A DNA stretch of 64,000 nt. Origin: Campylobacterota bacterium (GTDB lineage Bacteria > Campylobacterota > Campylobacteria > Campylobacterales > Sulfurimonadaceae). Location of the stretch: the NCBI GenBank assembly GCA_013607665.1, contig VCAX01000001.1:396-64395 (forward strand), given 5' to 3'. Positions 30,702 through 41,386 of the stretch are shown piece after piece. Each line of letters opens with the position of its first letter. The stretch's first letter is position 1. Made by a program: the position numbers and the translations under genes. The notes under the pieces were generated by a model, which saw only the letters and a program-made list of their open reading frames with translations, made no database searches and was not told where the DNA came from.

Positions 30702-31365
30702 TATTATTAAAATCATCGCTGCGGTTTTAGCGCTTGCCATTGCCATTATCGGGCATGAGATCATGCATGGATGGGTTGCACATATGTATGGTGATGATAC
30801 GGCGAAAAATGCCAGCAGACTCACGATCAATCCACTTGTACATATTGATCTTGTGGGTACCATCATCGTTCCTGCTGCACTCTATTTCATTCCTCTGCTT
30901 TTAGGTACATCCGGCGGTATCTTGTTTGGTTGGGCAAAGCCGGTACCTATCGACATGTACAAGGTCATCAGTCGTGGCGGATATAATGCCGCGATACAGG
31001 TTGATTTAGCAGGAATAGTCTATAACTTTACATTGGGTGCGTTTGCTGCCATTGGACTAACTGCTATGAGTGGCCCAACTACTGCTGATTCAATGTTTTA
31101 CGTCTTTTTTTATATCTTTGTTTATCAACTCCTCATTATCAACATAGTGCTTGGTGTATTTAACCTGCTGCCTATCCCGCAATTTGACGGTGGGCACTTT
31201 TTAATGCATCTTGCGTTAAAATACAAGATTAAATCAGTTGCAGAGTTCTACTATAAATATGATAGATATGGTATGATTATCGTACTGATTATTTTAATGA
31301 CACCATTGAATCAATATTTACTGTTTATGCCTGTGCAGTTTATTATTAATTTATTATTATCCTAA
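30688..31365 (+). CDS. Site-2 protease (M50) family protein
   Basis: HEIMH zinc motif, GWAKPVP, FNLLPIPQFDGG. Confidence 0.93.
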   Translation: MELLDIIKIIAAVLALAIAIIGHEIMHGWVAHMYGDDTAKNASRLTINPLVHIDLVGTIIVPAALYFIPLLLGTSGGILFGWAKPVPIDMYKVISRGGYNAAIQVDLAGIVYNFTLGAFAAIGLTAMSGPTTADSMFYVFFYIFVYQLLIINIVLGVFNLLPIPQFDGGHFLMHLALKYKIKSVAEFYYKYDRYGMIIVLIILMTPLNQYLLFMPVQFIINLLLS

Positions 31366-31374
31366 GGAGCAAAG

Positions 31375-31806
31375 ATGAAATTTTATATTGGGACGGATCA
31401 TGCGGGAATCGAGCTGAAAGACTGGACTGTTGCACTGTTGCGTGAAAAAGGTCATGAGGTAGAAGATTTTGGCCCTTATACAAAGGATAGAGTTGACTAC
31501 CCTGACTATGCACATAAAGTGGCAACTGCAGTACTAGCAGATAAAGAGTCACAAGGGATTTTAATCTGCGGCAGTGGAATCGGTATGAGCATGGCAGCGA
31601 ACCGTCACGCAGGTATCCGTGCAGCACTTTGTCATGATGCCTACACAGCAATGGTAGCCCGTGAGCACAACGATGCGAACATCTTATGTTTTGGAGAGCG
31701 CATTGTAGGAAAAGGTGTAGCGGAATCCATCATTGATGCATGGCTTGCAAATGGTTTTGAAGGTGGTCGTCACATTCAGAGAGTTGCAAAGATAGAGACA
31801 GTTTAA
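31375..31806 (+). CDS. rpiB: Ribose-5-phosphate isomerase B
   Basis: DHAG, DYPD, CGSGIG, HNDAN, FEGGRH. Confidence 0.96.
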   Translation: MKFYIGTDHAGIELKDWTVALLREKGHEVEDFGPYTKDRVDYPDYAHKVATAVLADKESQGILICGSGIGMSMAANRHAGIRAALCHDAYTAMVAREHNDANILCFGERIVGKGVAESIIDAWLANGFEGGRHIQRVAKIETV

Positions 31807-31808
31807 GT

Positions 31809-32141
31809 ATGTTTTGGGAATGGTCACTTTTAACAATCCTTTCCATTGTCTCAATCTATCTTTTTGTAAAGATGTTCTACTTTAAGAGCATCACAAATAA
31901 AGAGCAGCGCAGTAATGATCTTATGAAACTGACATTGCAAGAAGCGGAAATCCTCATTCGTAAGTACCAGATCCAACTGCAGCGTGTACTTGGAAATGTT
32001 GATATCTTAACAGAAGAGCTCACAAAACTGAGAAATGAGTTAAAAGTGCTCAAACAGAGAAACTCAAAACACAGACAGGAAGTCGATCGTCTCAATGCTA
32101 AAATAAAAGCGCTTGAGAGTCGTATTGATGCCCTGCTCTAA
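31809..32141 (+). CDS. Hypothetical membrane-anchored coiled-coil protein
   Basis: N-terminal TM followed by heptads; within the operon. Confidence 0.8.
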   Translation: MFWEWSLLTILSIVSIYLFVKMFYFKSITNKEQRSNDLMKLTLQEAEILIRKYQIQLQRVLGNVDILTEELTKLRNELKVLKQRNSKHRQEVDRLNAKIKALESRIDALL

Positions 32142-32153
32142 GGAAGAAGAAAA

Positions 32154-32705
32154 ATGGTAACACTCAGTGAAACAGAAAGACAAATAATTGAGAGCTCCAT
32201 ACGAGACATCAAAGACTTCCCTAAAGAGGGCATTGTCTTTAAAGACATTACAACGCTTTTAAACAACAAAGAGGCCTACGGCGTACTCATGAATCATCTT
32301 TATGAACGCTATAAAGAGTATGATTTGGATTATATCGCAGGCATTGATGCACGTGGTTTCATCTTTGGTGCTGCACTTGCACAGATGCTTCATCTTGGTT
32401 TTGTGCCCATCCGAAAAAAAGGAAAACTTCCCTACACGACCATTAGTGAAAAATATGCTCTTGAATACGGCGTGGACGAGATAGAAGTACACATAGATGC
32501 CTTTGGTAAGAAAAAAGGAGCTCGCGTTCTGGTCATTGATGATTTAATTGCCACAGGCGGGACTGCAAATGCTGCAGCAACGCTTGTCAATCAAACCGGT
32601 GCAAAATGTGTAGAGTGCTGCTTCGTTATAGGACTCAGCTTTCTTGAGGGCATTGAAAAATTAAAAGAAAAAACAGAAGTTTATTCACTTATAGAGGTTC
32701 ATTAA
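32154..32705 (+). CDS. apt: Adenine phosphoribosyltransferase
   Basis: [37 protein letters not shown]. Confidence 0.98.
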   Translation: MVTLSETERQIIESSIRDIKDFPKEGIVFKDITTLLNNKEAYGVLMNHLYERYKEYDLDYIAGIDARGFIFGAALAQMLHLGFVPIRKKGKLPYTTISEKYALEYGVDEIEVHIDAFGKKKGARVLVIDDLIATGGTANAAATLVNQTGAKCVECCFVIGLSFLEGIEKLKEKTEVYSLIEVH

Positions 32706-33901
32706 TGTATATACCAACTGCTTCAAAATTCGATCCGGATGAAAACGGACACTTTGGAATCTTCGGCGGACGCTATGTCCCTGAAACACTTATGCCTGCA
32801 CTGCTTAAACTGCGTGAGGAGTACGAACTTATCCGTTTTAACGAAGATTTCTGGAGAGAGGTCGATTACTATCTCAAAGATTATGTAGGTCGCCCTTCTC
32901 CACTGTACTATGCACACAATATCTCTGAAGAACTCGGTGCAAAGATCTACTTAAAACGTGAAGATCTCAACCATACAGGGGCACATAAAGTCAATAATGT
33001 CATCGCTCAAGGTCTTATGGCAAAACGCCTTGGATACAAAAAGGTCATAGCAGAAACCGGTGCAGGACAGCATGGTGTGGCAACTGCTACAATTGCTGCA
33101 CTTTTAGGACTGGAGTGTGAGATATTTATGGGTGCTAAAGATGTGGAGCGTCAAGAGCTCAATGTCTTTAGAATGAAACTGCTTGGTGCAAAGGTAAACT
33201 CTGTAGAGAGCGGCAGTCGCACACTCAAAGATGCAATGAACGATGCAATTCGCCACTGGGTTACCAATGCGCGTGATACCTTTTACATTATCGGAACTGT
33301 TGCAGGACCACACCCCTACCCTATGATGGTACGGGATTTTCAAGCAATCATCGGTTGGGAAGCTAGACAACAGATACTTGAAAAAGAAAACCGCTTGCCG
33401 GATCATGTAATAGCCTGTATCGGCGGCGGATCTAACGCTATTGGAATGTTTCAGCACTTTTTAGAGGATGAATCGGTAGAGTGTATCGGGATAGAGGCCG
33501 GTGGACTCGGCATAGATGATAAAAACGGATGTTCTTTGAAAAAAGGACGTCCTGGAGTACTGCATGGACAGATGTCGTACCTACTGCAAGATGAAGATGG
33601 ACAGATACTCGAAGCGCACTCTATCAGCGCCGGTCTTGATTATCCTGGAATCGGCCCTGAACATGCTTTTCATAATGATATGGGAAATGTGACTTATGAT
33701 TACATCACAGATAAAGAAGCTCTCGATGCTTTTGTGTGGTTAAGCCAAAAAGAGGGAATTATTCCTGCCTTTGAATCATCTCACGCAGTGGCATATCTTA
33801 AAAAATTGCCAAACATCAAAGACAAACTTATCATAGTCAATCTCTCCGGTCGTGGAGATAAAGATATGATACAGGCGAAAGACCTGCTGCACTTCGACTA
33901 A
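32705..33901 (+). CDS. trpB: Tryptophan synthase beta chain
   Basis: [44 protein letters not shown]. Confidence 0.98.
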   Translation: MYIPTASKFDPDENGHFGIFGGRYVPETLMPALLKLREEYELIRFNEDFWREVDYYLKDYVGRPSPLYYAHNISEELGAKIYLKREDLNHTGAHKVNNVIAQGLMAKRLGYKKVIAETGAGQHGVATATIAALLGLECEIFMGAKDVERQELNVFRMKLLGAKVNSVESGSRTLKDAMNDAIRHWVTNARDTFYIIGTVAGPHPYPMMVRDFQAIIGWEARQQILEKENRLPDHVIACIGGGSNAIGMFQHFLEDESVECIGIEAGGLGIDDKNGCSLKKGRPGVLHGQMSYLLQDEDGQILEAHSISAGLDYPGIGPEHAFHNDMGNVTYDYITDKEALDAFVWLSQKEGIIPAFESSHAVAYLKKLPNIKDKLIIVNLSGRGDKDMIQAKDLLHFD

Positions 33902-34800
33902 GTAGCTATATGGATTTTTCCATAAGTCTGCTTCTTTGCTTCTGAGAGCGCATATTTTGCTCTCTCTATCACCTCTTTTACATCGTCATCTTCCGTAAAT
34001 GATGTGATTCCAAAAGCAAGATCAGGTTTTATTCCTTTCATAACTTCAACATTTGAGAGTTCTGTTTTGAGTTTTTTCGCGATGAACTCTGATGCAGAGA
34101 CACTTGTATTTGTCAGCAAAATTATAAAATCCGATCCTGCCCAACGGGCAAGTACATCAGATTCACGGATGGAAGCTTTCAATACTTTTGCAAATTGAGA
34201 AATGACTTTTTCCCCTTTTTCAAGCCCAAAGGTTCCGATGAGTTTATTGATATTTAATAAGCTTAAGTATATAAGCGTTGTATCTGTTTTATATCTGTTA
34301 AAGTAATTGATTTGATGCCTAAGAATTGCCTGCATATGCATTTTTGAAGTCGATTTTGAGAGTTGATCAATCGTTGCAAGATTTGCAAGTTTGTCTACTC
34401 TGAGTTTATACTCACGCAATTTAGAAAGCTGCTCATAGTGATAATTTACACGGGCAATAATCTCTTTGGAATCAAAAGGCTTTTTAATATAATCCGCTGC
34501 ACCTGCAGCAAAACAAGCATCAAGGGATGCTTTACTGTGTTCTTTGGCACTATCAATACAAATGACAGGAAGATTTAATGCAGTATCAAACTTTGCCATA
34601 GTGACAATATCAGCAATAGTGACATACTGCACATGGGAATTAACGATGATTAGATCAAAATCATCCGGTTTGAGTTCGAAATTTTTAAAAAAATCAGCAT
34701 CTAATATAGCTGTAGATGTATAACCTGCTTTTGCAAGAACAGCATCTAAAACATTAAAATTTTGTTCATTGAGTTCAATTATTAAAATCTGTTTTTTTAT
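33898..34800 (-). CDS. Pseudo-receiver + degenerate GGDEF protein lacking a canonical start codon (possible pseudogene)
   Basis: Frame is open upstream of the track start: (I)[14 protein letters not shown]...DLIIVN; ATA/ATT where ATG is expected; RWAGSDF in place of GGDEF. Confidence 0.7.
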   Translation of the reverse strand: MKKQILIIELNEQNFNVLDAVLAKAGYTSTAILDADFFKNFELKPDDFDLIIVNSHVQYVTIADIVTMAKFDTALNLPVICIDSAKEHSKASLDACFAAGAADYIKKPFDSKEIIARVNYHYEQLSKLREYKLRVDKLANLATIDQLSKSTSKMHMQAILRHQINYFNRYKTDTTLIYLSLLNINKLIGTFGLEKGEKVISQFAKVLKASIRESDVLARWAGSDFIILLTNTSVSASEFIAKKLKTELSNVEVMKGIKPDLAFGITSFTEDDDVKEVIERAKYALSEAKKQTYGKIHIAT

Positions 34801-34907
34801 AATAGAAAAGATTCTATCATAAAATATTTTTTTTCTAATTAAAAGAGCTATCGTTTCTAATATTTTGCTACTATTATAAAAGAAAAATTACGAATTGGAA
34901 CAAAAGA

Positions 34908-36317
34908 ATGAAAATAGAACTTATAGATACAAAAAAATTTGATGTAAAAGAGAACCTAACGGTAAAGTTCATCACGCCAGAGCGTTTGAAAAAAGCAAAA
35001 TTTAAAAAGACACTCCAAAAAGCAGGGTTTAGCGCTGAACAAGACACAATTTATGGGATGCATGGAAAATCACTGCTATTTTGCGGTATAGAAAATCATG
35101 ACACCCAAAACCTAAAAACTGCTGCTGCTGCCATTGCAAAAGCTGTAAAAGGTCTTGCTTACAAATCACTCTCAATTGAAGTAAACGAAAAAAGTATTCG
35201 ACCTGTCATAGAAGGCTTTATTCTCGGTGGCTATGAGTTTAATAACTATAAATCAAAGCCAAAAAGCTCTAAAGTAAAAAAATTGTACCTGACATGTGAA
35301 GATGTTAAAGCGCTCACGCAAGCCTTTGAAGAGGCAGTGGTTGTTTCTGAAGCAACTTGCTATACACGTGATATCGTCAACACTGCCCCTGATGATATGC
35401 ACCCTGAAACTCTGGCAAAACTTGCAAAGAAACTCGCACGTAACAATAACTTAAAGTGTAATGTTCTTAACGAGAAAGCTCTGAAAAAAGAGCGCTGTGA
35501 AGCGATGCTTGCAGTCGGTCGTGCTTCACGCCATGGCTCTAAGCTCATTCATCTGGCATACAAACCAAAAAATGCAAAAAAACGTGTCGCACTTGTTGGC
35601 AAAGGACTTACCTATGACAGTGGTGGACTCAGCCTCAAACCTGCCACTTCAATGGTGACAATGAAAATGGATAAAGCCGGAGCCTGCGCGGTACTTGGCA
35701 TTATCAAAGCCGTGAGTGAGCTAAAACTTGATGTAGAGGTGCATGCATTTGTCGGTGCCGTGGAAAATATGATAGGTGGAGATGCGTATAAACCTGATGA
35801 TGTTCTCGTATCTCGCAAAGGCGACACTATCGAAGTACGCAACACAGATGCAGAGGGTCGTTTGGTCCTTGCAGATGTCCTTGACTATGCACAGGATAAA
35901 GTAAAAAATCCAGACTATCTTTTTGACTTTGCAACGCTTACAGGTGCTTGTATGGTTGCACTCGGTCAATATACAACAGGTGTGATGGGACATTCAAATA
36001 GACTCCGCCATGATATATCAAAAGCAGCAAGTAAAGCAGGAGAGCTTACCGCAAGCCTCCCATTTAACAAGCACCTTAAAAAACAGCTTAAAAGTGAAAT
36101 AGCAGATATCTGCAATATCTCCAACAAACCTTACGGCGGAGCGATTACTGCAGGACTTTTCTTAGACAACTTCATAAAAGATGAAAATAAAGAAAAATGG
36201 CTGCACTTTGACATCGCCGGCAGTGCTTATACTGAAAGCCCATGGGATGTGAATGTACATGGTGCAACAGGTGCCGGTGTGCGTTTTATGACGCAGTTTT
36301 TACAATCACTCAAATAA
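34908..36317 (+). CDS. pepA: Leucyl aminopeptidase (M17)
   Basis: VGKGLTYDSGG, MKMD, NTDAEGRLVL, ATLTGA, HFDIAG. Confidence 0.96.
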   Translation: MKIELIDTKKFDVKENLTVKFITPERLKKAKFKKTLQKAGFSAEQDTIYGMHGKSLLFCGIENHDTQNLKTAAAAIAKAVKGLAYKSLSIEVNEKSIRPVIEGFILGGYEFNNYKSKPKSSKVKKLYLTCEDVKALTQAFEEAVVVSEATCYTRDIVNTAPDDMHPETLAKLAKKLARNNNLKCNVLNEKALKKERCEAMLAVGRASRHGSKLIHLAYKPKNAKKRVALVGKGLTYDSGGLSLKPATSMVTMKMDKAGACAVLGIIKAVSELKLDVEVHAFVGAVENMIGGDAYKPDDVLVSRKGDTIEVRNTDAEGRLVLADVLDYAQDKVKNPDYLFDFATLTGACMVALGQYTTGVMGHSNRLRHDISKAASKAGELTASLPFNKHLKKQLKSEIADICNISNKPYGGAITAGLFLDNFIKDENKEKWLHFDIAGSAYTESPWDVNVHGATGAGVRFMTQFLQSLK

Positions 36318-36356
36318 TTGTGATATAATTACGAAAATTTTAAAAAGGAGAGAGAC

Positions 36357-36557
36357 ATGGCTTTAAAAGAACTTTTTGCTGCAACAGCGCTTGCACTGCT
36401 TACAAGCTCAAAACCATGCCATTGTCATCTCTTCTTTACTCTAAAATCTAAACTAATGGTTTTACTCAACCACTACATTCCGAGATGCCCATTCTACACA
36501 GTATGTTTCGCATTTCGTCGTAGCGGTGTACACCCTCCTCTTTCAATATCCCTGTAA
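36357..36557 (+). CDS. Putative Cys/His-rich leader peptide of metE
   Basis: TGaTATAAT at 36321-36329, AAGGAG RBS, 66 aa with PCHCH; ends 72 nt before metE. Confidence 0.5.
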   Translation: MALKELFAATALALLTSSKPCHCHLFFTLKSKLMVLLNHYIPRCPFYTVCFAFRRSGVHPPLSISL

Positions 36558-36629
36558 TCAATAAAACAATCATATAAAAATAAAACACAAATTTATCGTC
36601 ATAACTGACGAAAAACAAAGGATATTGTA

Positions 36630-38918
36630 ATGTCAAAAAACTATGTAATAGGATTTCCAAGAATTGGAGAAAAAAGAGAACTAAAGTTTGCACTTGAGAG
36701 CTATTGGGCAAAAAAAAGTGATTTTAGTGAGGTACAAAAAGTAGCAAGTGAACTTAAAAAGAGACACTGGAGTTATCAAAAAGATGCAGGCATAGAGTAT
36801 ATCAGCTCAAATGATTTCTCTCTCTATGATAATATGCTCGATATGGCTGTTACACTTGGAGCCATTCCAAAAAGATTTCAAGATCTCAACGGTGAAGAGC
36901 TCTACTTTGCAATGGCACGCGGCAATCAAAATGCAGTGGCTATGGAGATGACAAAATGGTTCAATACAAACTACCACTACATCGTTCCAGAGCTCTCTTT
37001 TGAAGAGAGCTACAAACTAAACGCAGCAAAGATTATTAATGAGTATAAAAAGGCAAAACAACACGGCATTAAAACGAAGATAAATATCATCGGACCTATA
37101 ACATTTCTTGCACTCTCAAAAAGAGTGGACAGAGGTGATACATTTGAATTGTACGCAAAAATTTTGCCTGTTTATGAAGAGTTATTGCGTGAGATAGCAG
37201 AGCTGGATGACACAATTACAGTCCAAATTGATGAACCGATATTTGTAAAAGATTTAGAGCCAAAAGTACTAAGTCTTATCAAGCCAACCTATGATAAATT
37301 AGCTCTCATATCATCTAATATTAAAATAGCGGTTATAAGCTATTTTGAACACTCCATAGAGGCTACGAAAATTCTTCTCAACACTCCTGTTTGGGCGCTT
37401 GGACTTGACTTTATTCATGGCGAAGAGAACCTTGAAAGCCTTGCTGATATAGCTGCGTCAGACAAAGTACTCATCGCTGGTGTGGTTGACGGAAGAAACA
37501 TCTGGAAAAATGATATAAACGCAACCCTCTCACTCCTTAATATCATTACACAAAGCGTGAATAAGGAGAATGTTTTACTCTCTTCATCCTCTTCACTTCT
37601 GCATGTTCCTTTTGTACTCCAATATGAAGAGAAGATGAATAAAGAGATAAAAAACTGGCTCAGCTATGCCGTAGAAAAACTTGATGAAATAGCACTGATC
37701 TCAAAAATCTTTTTTGAAGGTGAAGCAAGTTTAGATGCAAAAGAAAAGGCACTTTTATCTGCCAATATTGAAGCAAATAAGAGCAGAAAAAGTTCTACAT
37801 TGATTCATGATAAAAAAGTACAAGAGCGCACCAGCAGCATCATAAAATATGCACGTGAAGGAGCTTATGAAGAGCGCATAAAAATTCAAAAAGAGCTTTT
37901 AGGTTACAAAGAGCTTACAACAACTACCATAGGTTCGTTCCCGCAGACTCCTGAAGTAAGACACGCAAGACGTGAGCTTAAAAATGGCAATCTCACGCAA
38001 GATGCCTATACGCAAGAGATGAAAAACTACATCGACAATTGTGTTGCGTTTCAAGAGGAGTGTGGCATTGAAGTACTTGTGCATGGCGAGCCTGAACGTA
38101 ACGATATGGTCGAATATTTTGGGGAGCAACTCCAAGGCTATGGTTTTAGCCAAAACGGCTGGGTGCAAAGCTATGGAAGCCGCTGTGTAAAACCGCCGTT
38201 TATCTATGGAGATATCAGCCGTCCAAAACCGATGACCGTAGATTGGATTACTTACGCACAGAGTAAAACAGAAAAAATAATGAAAGGAATGCTTACCGGT
38301 CCTGTCACGATTCTCAACTGGTCTTTTGTACGTGATGATATGGATCGCGGAGATGTAAGTGAACAGATAGCACTGGCAATCTGTGATGAAGTTAATGACT
38401 TACAAAACGCAGGCATAAAAATGATACAAGTCGATGAGGCTGCGTTTAAAGAGGGGTATCCTCTGCGCAAAGCAAAGGTACAGGCGTATGAAGATTTTGC
38501 AGTAAGAGATTTCAAGCTCTCAGTAAGTTCTGCAAGAAAAGAGACACAGATTCATACACATATGTGTTACAGCGAGTTTAATGACATCATTGCAACCATA
38601 GAGGCAATGGATGCGGATGTTATTTCCATTGAAACTGCAAGAAGCGGCAATGAACTTTTAAAAATCTTTGCGCAAGTCGGCTATAAACAAGAGGTAGGCC
38701 CGGGAGTTTATGATATTCACAGCCCAAGAATTCCATCAGTTGAAGAGATTGTCAAACAGATTTACTCTCTTTTAGAAGTGCTGCCTAAAGAACAGCTTTG
38801 GATAAATCCGGACTGTGGACTCAAAACACGTAAGTGGGAAGAGGTAAAACCGAGTCTTACAAATATGGTAGAAGCGGTAAAAAGAGTAAGAGCAGATATC
38901 ATCCCTAATGCGGGATGA
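36630..38918 (+). CDS. metE: Cobalamin-independent methionine synthase
   Basis: GFPRIG, EMTKWFNTNYHY, TTIGSFPQT, HTHMCYSEF, WINPDCGLKTR. Confidence 0.99.
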   Translation: MSKNYVIGFPRIGEKRELKFALESYWAKKSDFSEVQKVASELKKRHWSYQKDAGIEYISSNDFSLYDNMLDMAVTLGAIPKRFQDLNGEELYFAMARGNQNAVAMEMTKWFNTNYHYIVPELSFEESYKLNAAKIINEYKKAKQHGIKTKINIIGPITFLALSKRVDRGDTFELYAKILPVYEELLREIAELDDTITVQIDEPIFVKDLEPKVLSLIKPTYDKLALISSNIKIAVISYFEHSIEATKILLNTPVWALGLDFIHGEENLESLADIAASDKVLIAGVVDGRNIWKNDINATLSLLNIITQSVNKENVLLSSSSSLLHVPFVLQYEEKMNKEIKNWLSYAVEKLDEIALISKIFFEGEASLDAKEKALLSANIEANKSRKSSTLIHDKKVQERTSSIIKYAREGAYEERIKIQKELLGYKELTTTTIGSFPQTPEVRHARRELKNGNLTQDAYTQEMKNYIDNCVAFQEECGIEVLVHGEPERNDMVEYFGEQLQGYGFSQNGWVQSYGSRCVKPPFIYGDISRPKPMTVDWITYAQSKTEKIMKGMLTGPVTILNWSFVRDDMDRGDVSEQIALAICDEVNDLQNAGIKMIQVDEAAFKEGYPLRKAKVQAYEDFAVRDFKLSVSSARKETQIHTHMCYSEFNDIIATIEAMDADVISIETARSGNELLKIFAQVGYKQEVGPGVYDIHSPRIPSVEEIVKQIYSLLEVLPKEQLWINPDCGLKTRKWEEVKPSLTNMVEAVKRVRADIIPNAG

Positions 38919-38924
38919 TATCGA

Positions 38925-39751
38925 CTATTTAATGAGTTTTGACAACTCATTGGAAAGTATCTCTAAATTTGGAAGCATGATAATTTCAATGCGACGGTTT
39001 AATTTTCTACCCTCTGGAGTATCATTGTCAGCACGTGGCTGAAATTCTCCGTATCCGGCTGCAGAAATATTTTGCGGCTGAACTCCCTCTTGAACCATTA
39101 AATGCACAACATTTAAAGCACGAGCAGTTGAGAGTTCCCAGTTGCTCGGATAACGCGCACTTTTAATAGGAACGTTATCCGTATGTCCTTCCACTTGGAA
39201 TCGACGATCTTTGAACTCTTTGAGAACAGCTGCGATCTGTTTTAGTACTTTTTGACCTTCTGCATTGACGTTAACATGGCCTGTCTTAAAAAGAACGTTA
39301 TCAGGCAGATTAATTACGATACGCCCTTTTTCAATACTGACACTCAGTTGTCCCGCATCGATCATCTTTTGCAGTTGATTGACAAAACGAGCATATATCT
39401 CATTACGTTTTTTTGTCTCTGCCTCTATCTGACTCATTGTAGCAAGTTTACTTTGTGAAGCGTTTAAGAGTGCCTGTGTATTGCTATACTCTGTTTCCAA
39501 TGCATTTTTCTTTGCATTGAGCGCGCAGCAAGCTCTTTTTTGGTTTTTGCAATCTCTTGACGATTTTTTTGCAGTTCTTTTTTTTGGGCATCTATCTGTG
39601 CATTTTGCAGACCTATTCTGTTTTGCGCATCACTGAGCGAACTTTTTGTTTTGTCAAGCTCCGCAACAGTAGCCTCATACGTTCCTTTGGTAACACAACC
39701 TGTCACAAAAAATGCAAACAGCAGTGCAGTGATTATTCCACCATACTTCAT
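38925..39751 (-). pseudogene. OmpA/MotB-family lipoprotein, frameshifted
   Basis: Lipobox VTGC and coiled coil (39464-39751) plus OmpA domain VEGHTD..NWELSTARA..NRRIE (38925-39500); removing 2 nt from GCGCGC at 39521-39526 fuses the two frames. Confidence 0.85.
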
Positions 39752-39847
39752 AGTTTTTCCTTTATCATATAAATGTGATTAGCTAATCTAAGCGTAATGC
39801 TACATTCATATCATAAACAGTAGGGAAATATGACAAAACTAAAAAAG

Positions 39848-40171
39848 TTATTTATTAACAGTTCTTTTAAGCTCCTTTTCTACAGACTTGATTTTATTTG
39901 ATAGTCTCTCTTGTGAATTGTGCCGAATATCAAACTTCAATGAAGAGTAAACCCGTTCACACTCTTTTACCTGCTCATACGCGAGAGCGATAACATCGAG
40001 AGCTTCTTGCATTGTATCAGTCTCTACTATTGTTCCCATCGGTGTAAGTTGGTATTTTACTCCACTTTTATCTACAGCATCTATGATTTTTGCCACCTGT
40101 TTTGAGACAGATGCACCCTCACGGCAATTGTCACTTGTTGGAAACATCGCAAATTCTAAAAGTACGCTCAT
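39848..40171 (-). CDS. MTH1187/YqgV family thiamine-binding protein
   Basis: EFAMFP, SVSKQVA, YQLTPMGTIVE, K.D.R. Confidence 0.88.
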   Translation of the reverse strand: MSVLLEFAMFPTSDNCREGASVSKQVAKIIDAVDKSGVKYQLTPMGTIVETDTMQEALDVIALAYEQVKECERVYSSLKFDIRHNSQERLSNKIKSVEKELKRTVNK

Positions 40172-40261
40172 AGCTATCCTTCTTGTTTTCAAGATATTGC
40201 ATCAACCTTAATTTTAATTTTACTTAGATATAATTGCAAAAAAATTATTTAAAGGTATGAA

Positions 40262-41362
40262 ATGGGATTAGCAATAGGCTTAGTCGGACTTCCAAACGTA
40301 GGTAAATCAACAACTTTCAATGCACTCACAAAGGCACAAAACGCAGAGGCAGCCAACTACCCATTTTGTACAATTGAGCCAAACAAGGCAGTTGTTCCTG
40401 TTCCAGACAAAAGGCTCCATGAGCTTGCAAAAATCGTCAATCCTGAGCGAATCCAGTACTCAACTTTAGACTTCGTTGATATCGCAGGTCTCGTAAAAGG
40501 TGCTTCACAAGGCGAAGGTCTTGGAAACAAATTTCTCTCAAATATTCGTGAAACGGAGGTTATCTTACAGATAGTCCGTTGTTTTGAAGATGAGAACATT
40601 GTCCATAACGAAGGAAGCATCGACCCACTTCGTGATGTAGAGATCATCGAGGGTGAACTTATTTTGGCAGATATTGAAGTACTTGCAAATAGAATTGAAC
40701 GACTTAAAAAACAGGCTAAAGCGGACAAAAGTGCAAAAGGTATTTTAGAAGTTGCTGAGGAACTTTTAGAGTTCTTAGGCGAAGGAAACCTTGCACGTAA
40801 CTTTGAAAAAGCTGACTCGGACGAGTACAAACAACTTGCCCGTGAAGTAAGATTTTTAACAGACAAAGAGATCATGTACGGCGCGAATACAGATGAAGAT
40901 GGTCTTTTAGAGGACAACGAATATGTAAAAGCTTTGCGTGAGCATGCCCAAAAGAATAATTGCGAACTCATTAAACTCTGTGCAAAAGTTGAAGAAGAAC
41001 TTATAGGGCTAGAAGAAGATGAAGCAAAAGAGTTCCTTGATGAACTCGGTGTTGCAGAGTCAGGGTTAGAGCAGATCATCCATAAAGGTTTTGACAAACT
41101 CGGTCTTATGAGCTATTTCACAGCCGGTGTCAAAGAAGTAAGAAGTTGGACAATTCGTAAAAACTCGACTGCACCACGCGCTGCCGCTGCAATTCACAAT
41201 GATTTTGAAAAAGGTTTTATCCGTGCAGAAGTGATAAGCTATGAAGATTTTATCAAATACAATGGTGAAGCCGGAGCAAAAGAGGCAGGTAAAATGCGTT
41301 TAGAGGGGAAAGATTATATTGTTCAAGATGGTGATATAATGCACTTTAGATTTAATGTCTAA
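40262..41362 (+). CDS. ychF: Redox-regulated ATPase YchF
   Basis: GLPNVGKST, NYPFCTIEPN, DIAGL, IHNDFEKGFIRAE, FRFNV. Confidence 0.98.
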   Translation: MGLAIGLVGLPNVGKSTTFNALTKAQNAEAANYPFCTIEPNKAVVPVPDKRLHELAKIVNPERIQYSTLDFVDIAGLVKGASQGEGLGNKFLSNIRETEVILQIVRCFEDENIVHNEGSIDPLRDVEIIEGELILADIEVLANRIERLKKQAKADKSAKGILEVAEELLEFLGEGNLARNFEKADSDEYKQLAREVRFLTDKEIMYGANTDEDGLLEDNEYVKALREHAQKNNCELIKLCAKVEEELIGLEEDEAKEFLDELGVAESGLEQIIHKGFDKLGLMSYFTAGVKEVRSWTIRKNSTAPRAAAAIHNDFEKGFIRAEVISYEDFIKYNGEAGAKEAGKMRLEGKDYIVQDGDIMHFRFNV

Positions 41363-41386
41363 ATTTCCATTGTAAAAGAGTAATTT

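Noticed and set aside
36330-36629. SAM or cobalamin riboswitch upstream of metE
   Set aside because: No recognisable conserved core motifs; a translated leader fits better (an Infernal search would be decisive)
40357-41097. 246-aa antisense ORF
   Set aside because: Shadow of ychF; Ser-rich mirror composition
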